Positions 18,626 to 19,959 of a stretch of DNA of 19,959 nucleotides are shown here, one piece after another. The translations under genes and the position numbers were made by a program. How positions within the stretch are numbered: the stretch's first letter is position 1; each line of letters opens with the position of its first letter. The notes below the pieces were generated by a model. It worked only from the letters and a program-made list of their open reading frames with translations, was not told the DNA's origin and ran no database searches. Origin of the DNA: Armatimonadota bacterium (GTDB lineage: Bacteria > Armatimonadota > UBA10988); contig JACRKZ010000100.1 in NCBI GenBank assembly GCA_016235455.1, forward strand, positions 1 through 19,959. The letters run 5' to 3'.

Positions 18626-19130
18626 ATGAGCCGAGCTCCTATCATCGATCCGGCCGTTCGCGAGTACCTGAGGCGCGCGTTGATCATCGCCGCTTCGGGC
18701 TGGGTGCTGTTCATCCTGATCGCGCCGCTGGGCAACCTCGTCTTCGCCGCGCCGACGGCCGCCCTGCTGCGCGGGCTGTTGGCCGCCTCGGGCAACACCG
18801 TGGCCGGCACGGGCCCCCAGATTGCCGTGGGTGAGCAGGCCATGCGCATGGTGGTGCCGGCCTGGACGGCGGCGCCGGCGCTGCTGCTGGGTCTGGGCGC
18901 GGTGTTTGCCTTTCCCACCGATCTGGCCAAGAAGGCCATGGGCGCCGCCATGTTGGTGGTCAACACCGTCATGGTCAACGTGATCGTGCTGGGCTGGCTG
19001 GCCGTGCAGACGGCGGTCATCGTCGAAGGACGCAGCACGGTCTCGTTCGGTGCTCTCGCTGCTTTTCTGGATGTGGCGAGTGGTGCCACGGCCGTTGTTC
19101 GGCGGTCGGAGCGCGGTCGCCGGGGAGTAA
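18626..19130 (+). pseudogene. Exosortase/archaeosortase-like membrane protein, apparently frameshifted near 19048 (not in ORF track)
   Basis: IAVGEQAMRMVVPAWTAAPALLLGLGAVFAFPTDLAKKAMG..NVIVL resembles the exosortase core. A hydrophobic C-terminus VLSLLFWMWR..GE* lies in the +1 frame and ends at TAA 19130. The start frame has no stop before moxR. Confidence 0.55.
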
Positions 19131-19138
19131 GCGAGTCC

Positions 19139-19959
<821 letters not shown>

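Overview
GC-rich bacterial window, probably Armatimonadota (inferred from the style of the DUF1559 prepilin-like gene). The left part is carbohydrate-related: the 3' end of an amidohydrolase/lactonase, a Zn-dependent sugar-acid dehydrogenase, an aldo/keto reductase, a REP-like inverted repeat pair, a Tat-exported Gfo/Idh/MocA oxidoreductase with a PmoA-like (DUF6807) partner, a DUF1559/H-X9-DG prepilin-like gene, a large GH9 enzyme with a LamG domain inserted, and a LacI regulator. A secreted, internally duplicated Gly-rich protein sits in the middle. The right part is dnaG-rpoD, running directly into a tightly packed envelope-type cluster: two paralogous lipoproteins, a stand-alone ACP, a GT4, a 53-aa membrane peptide, an exosortase-like membrane protein lacking the catalytic residues, and a MoxR AAA+ ATPase cut off by the window end. 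The exosortase-like gene appears frameshifted, so it reads in frame into moxR. I saw no tRNA, rRNA, CRISPR array or transposase. Family calls rest on motif recognition only; no database search was run.
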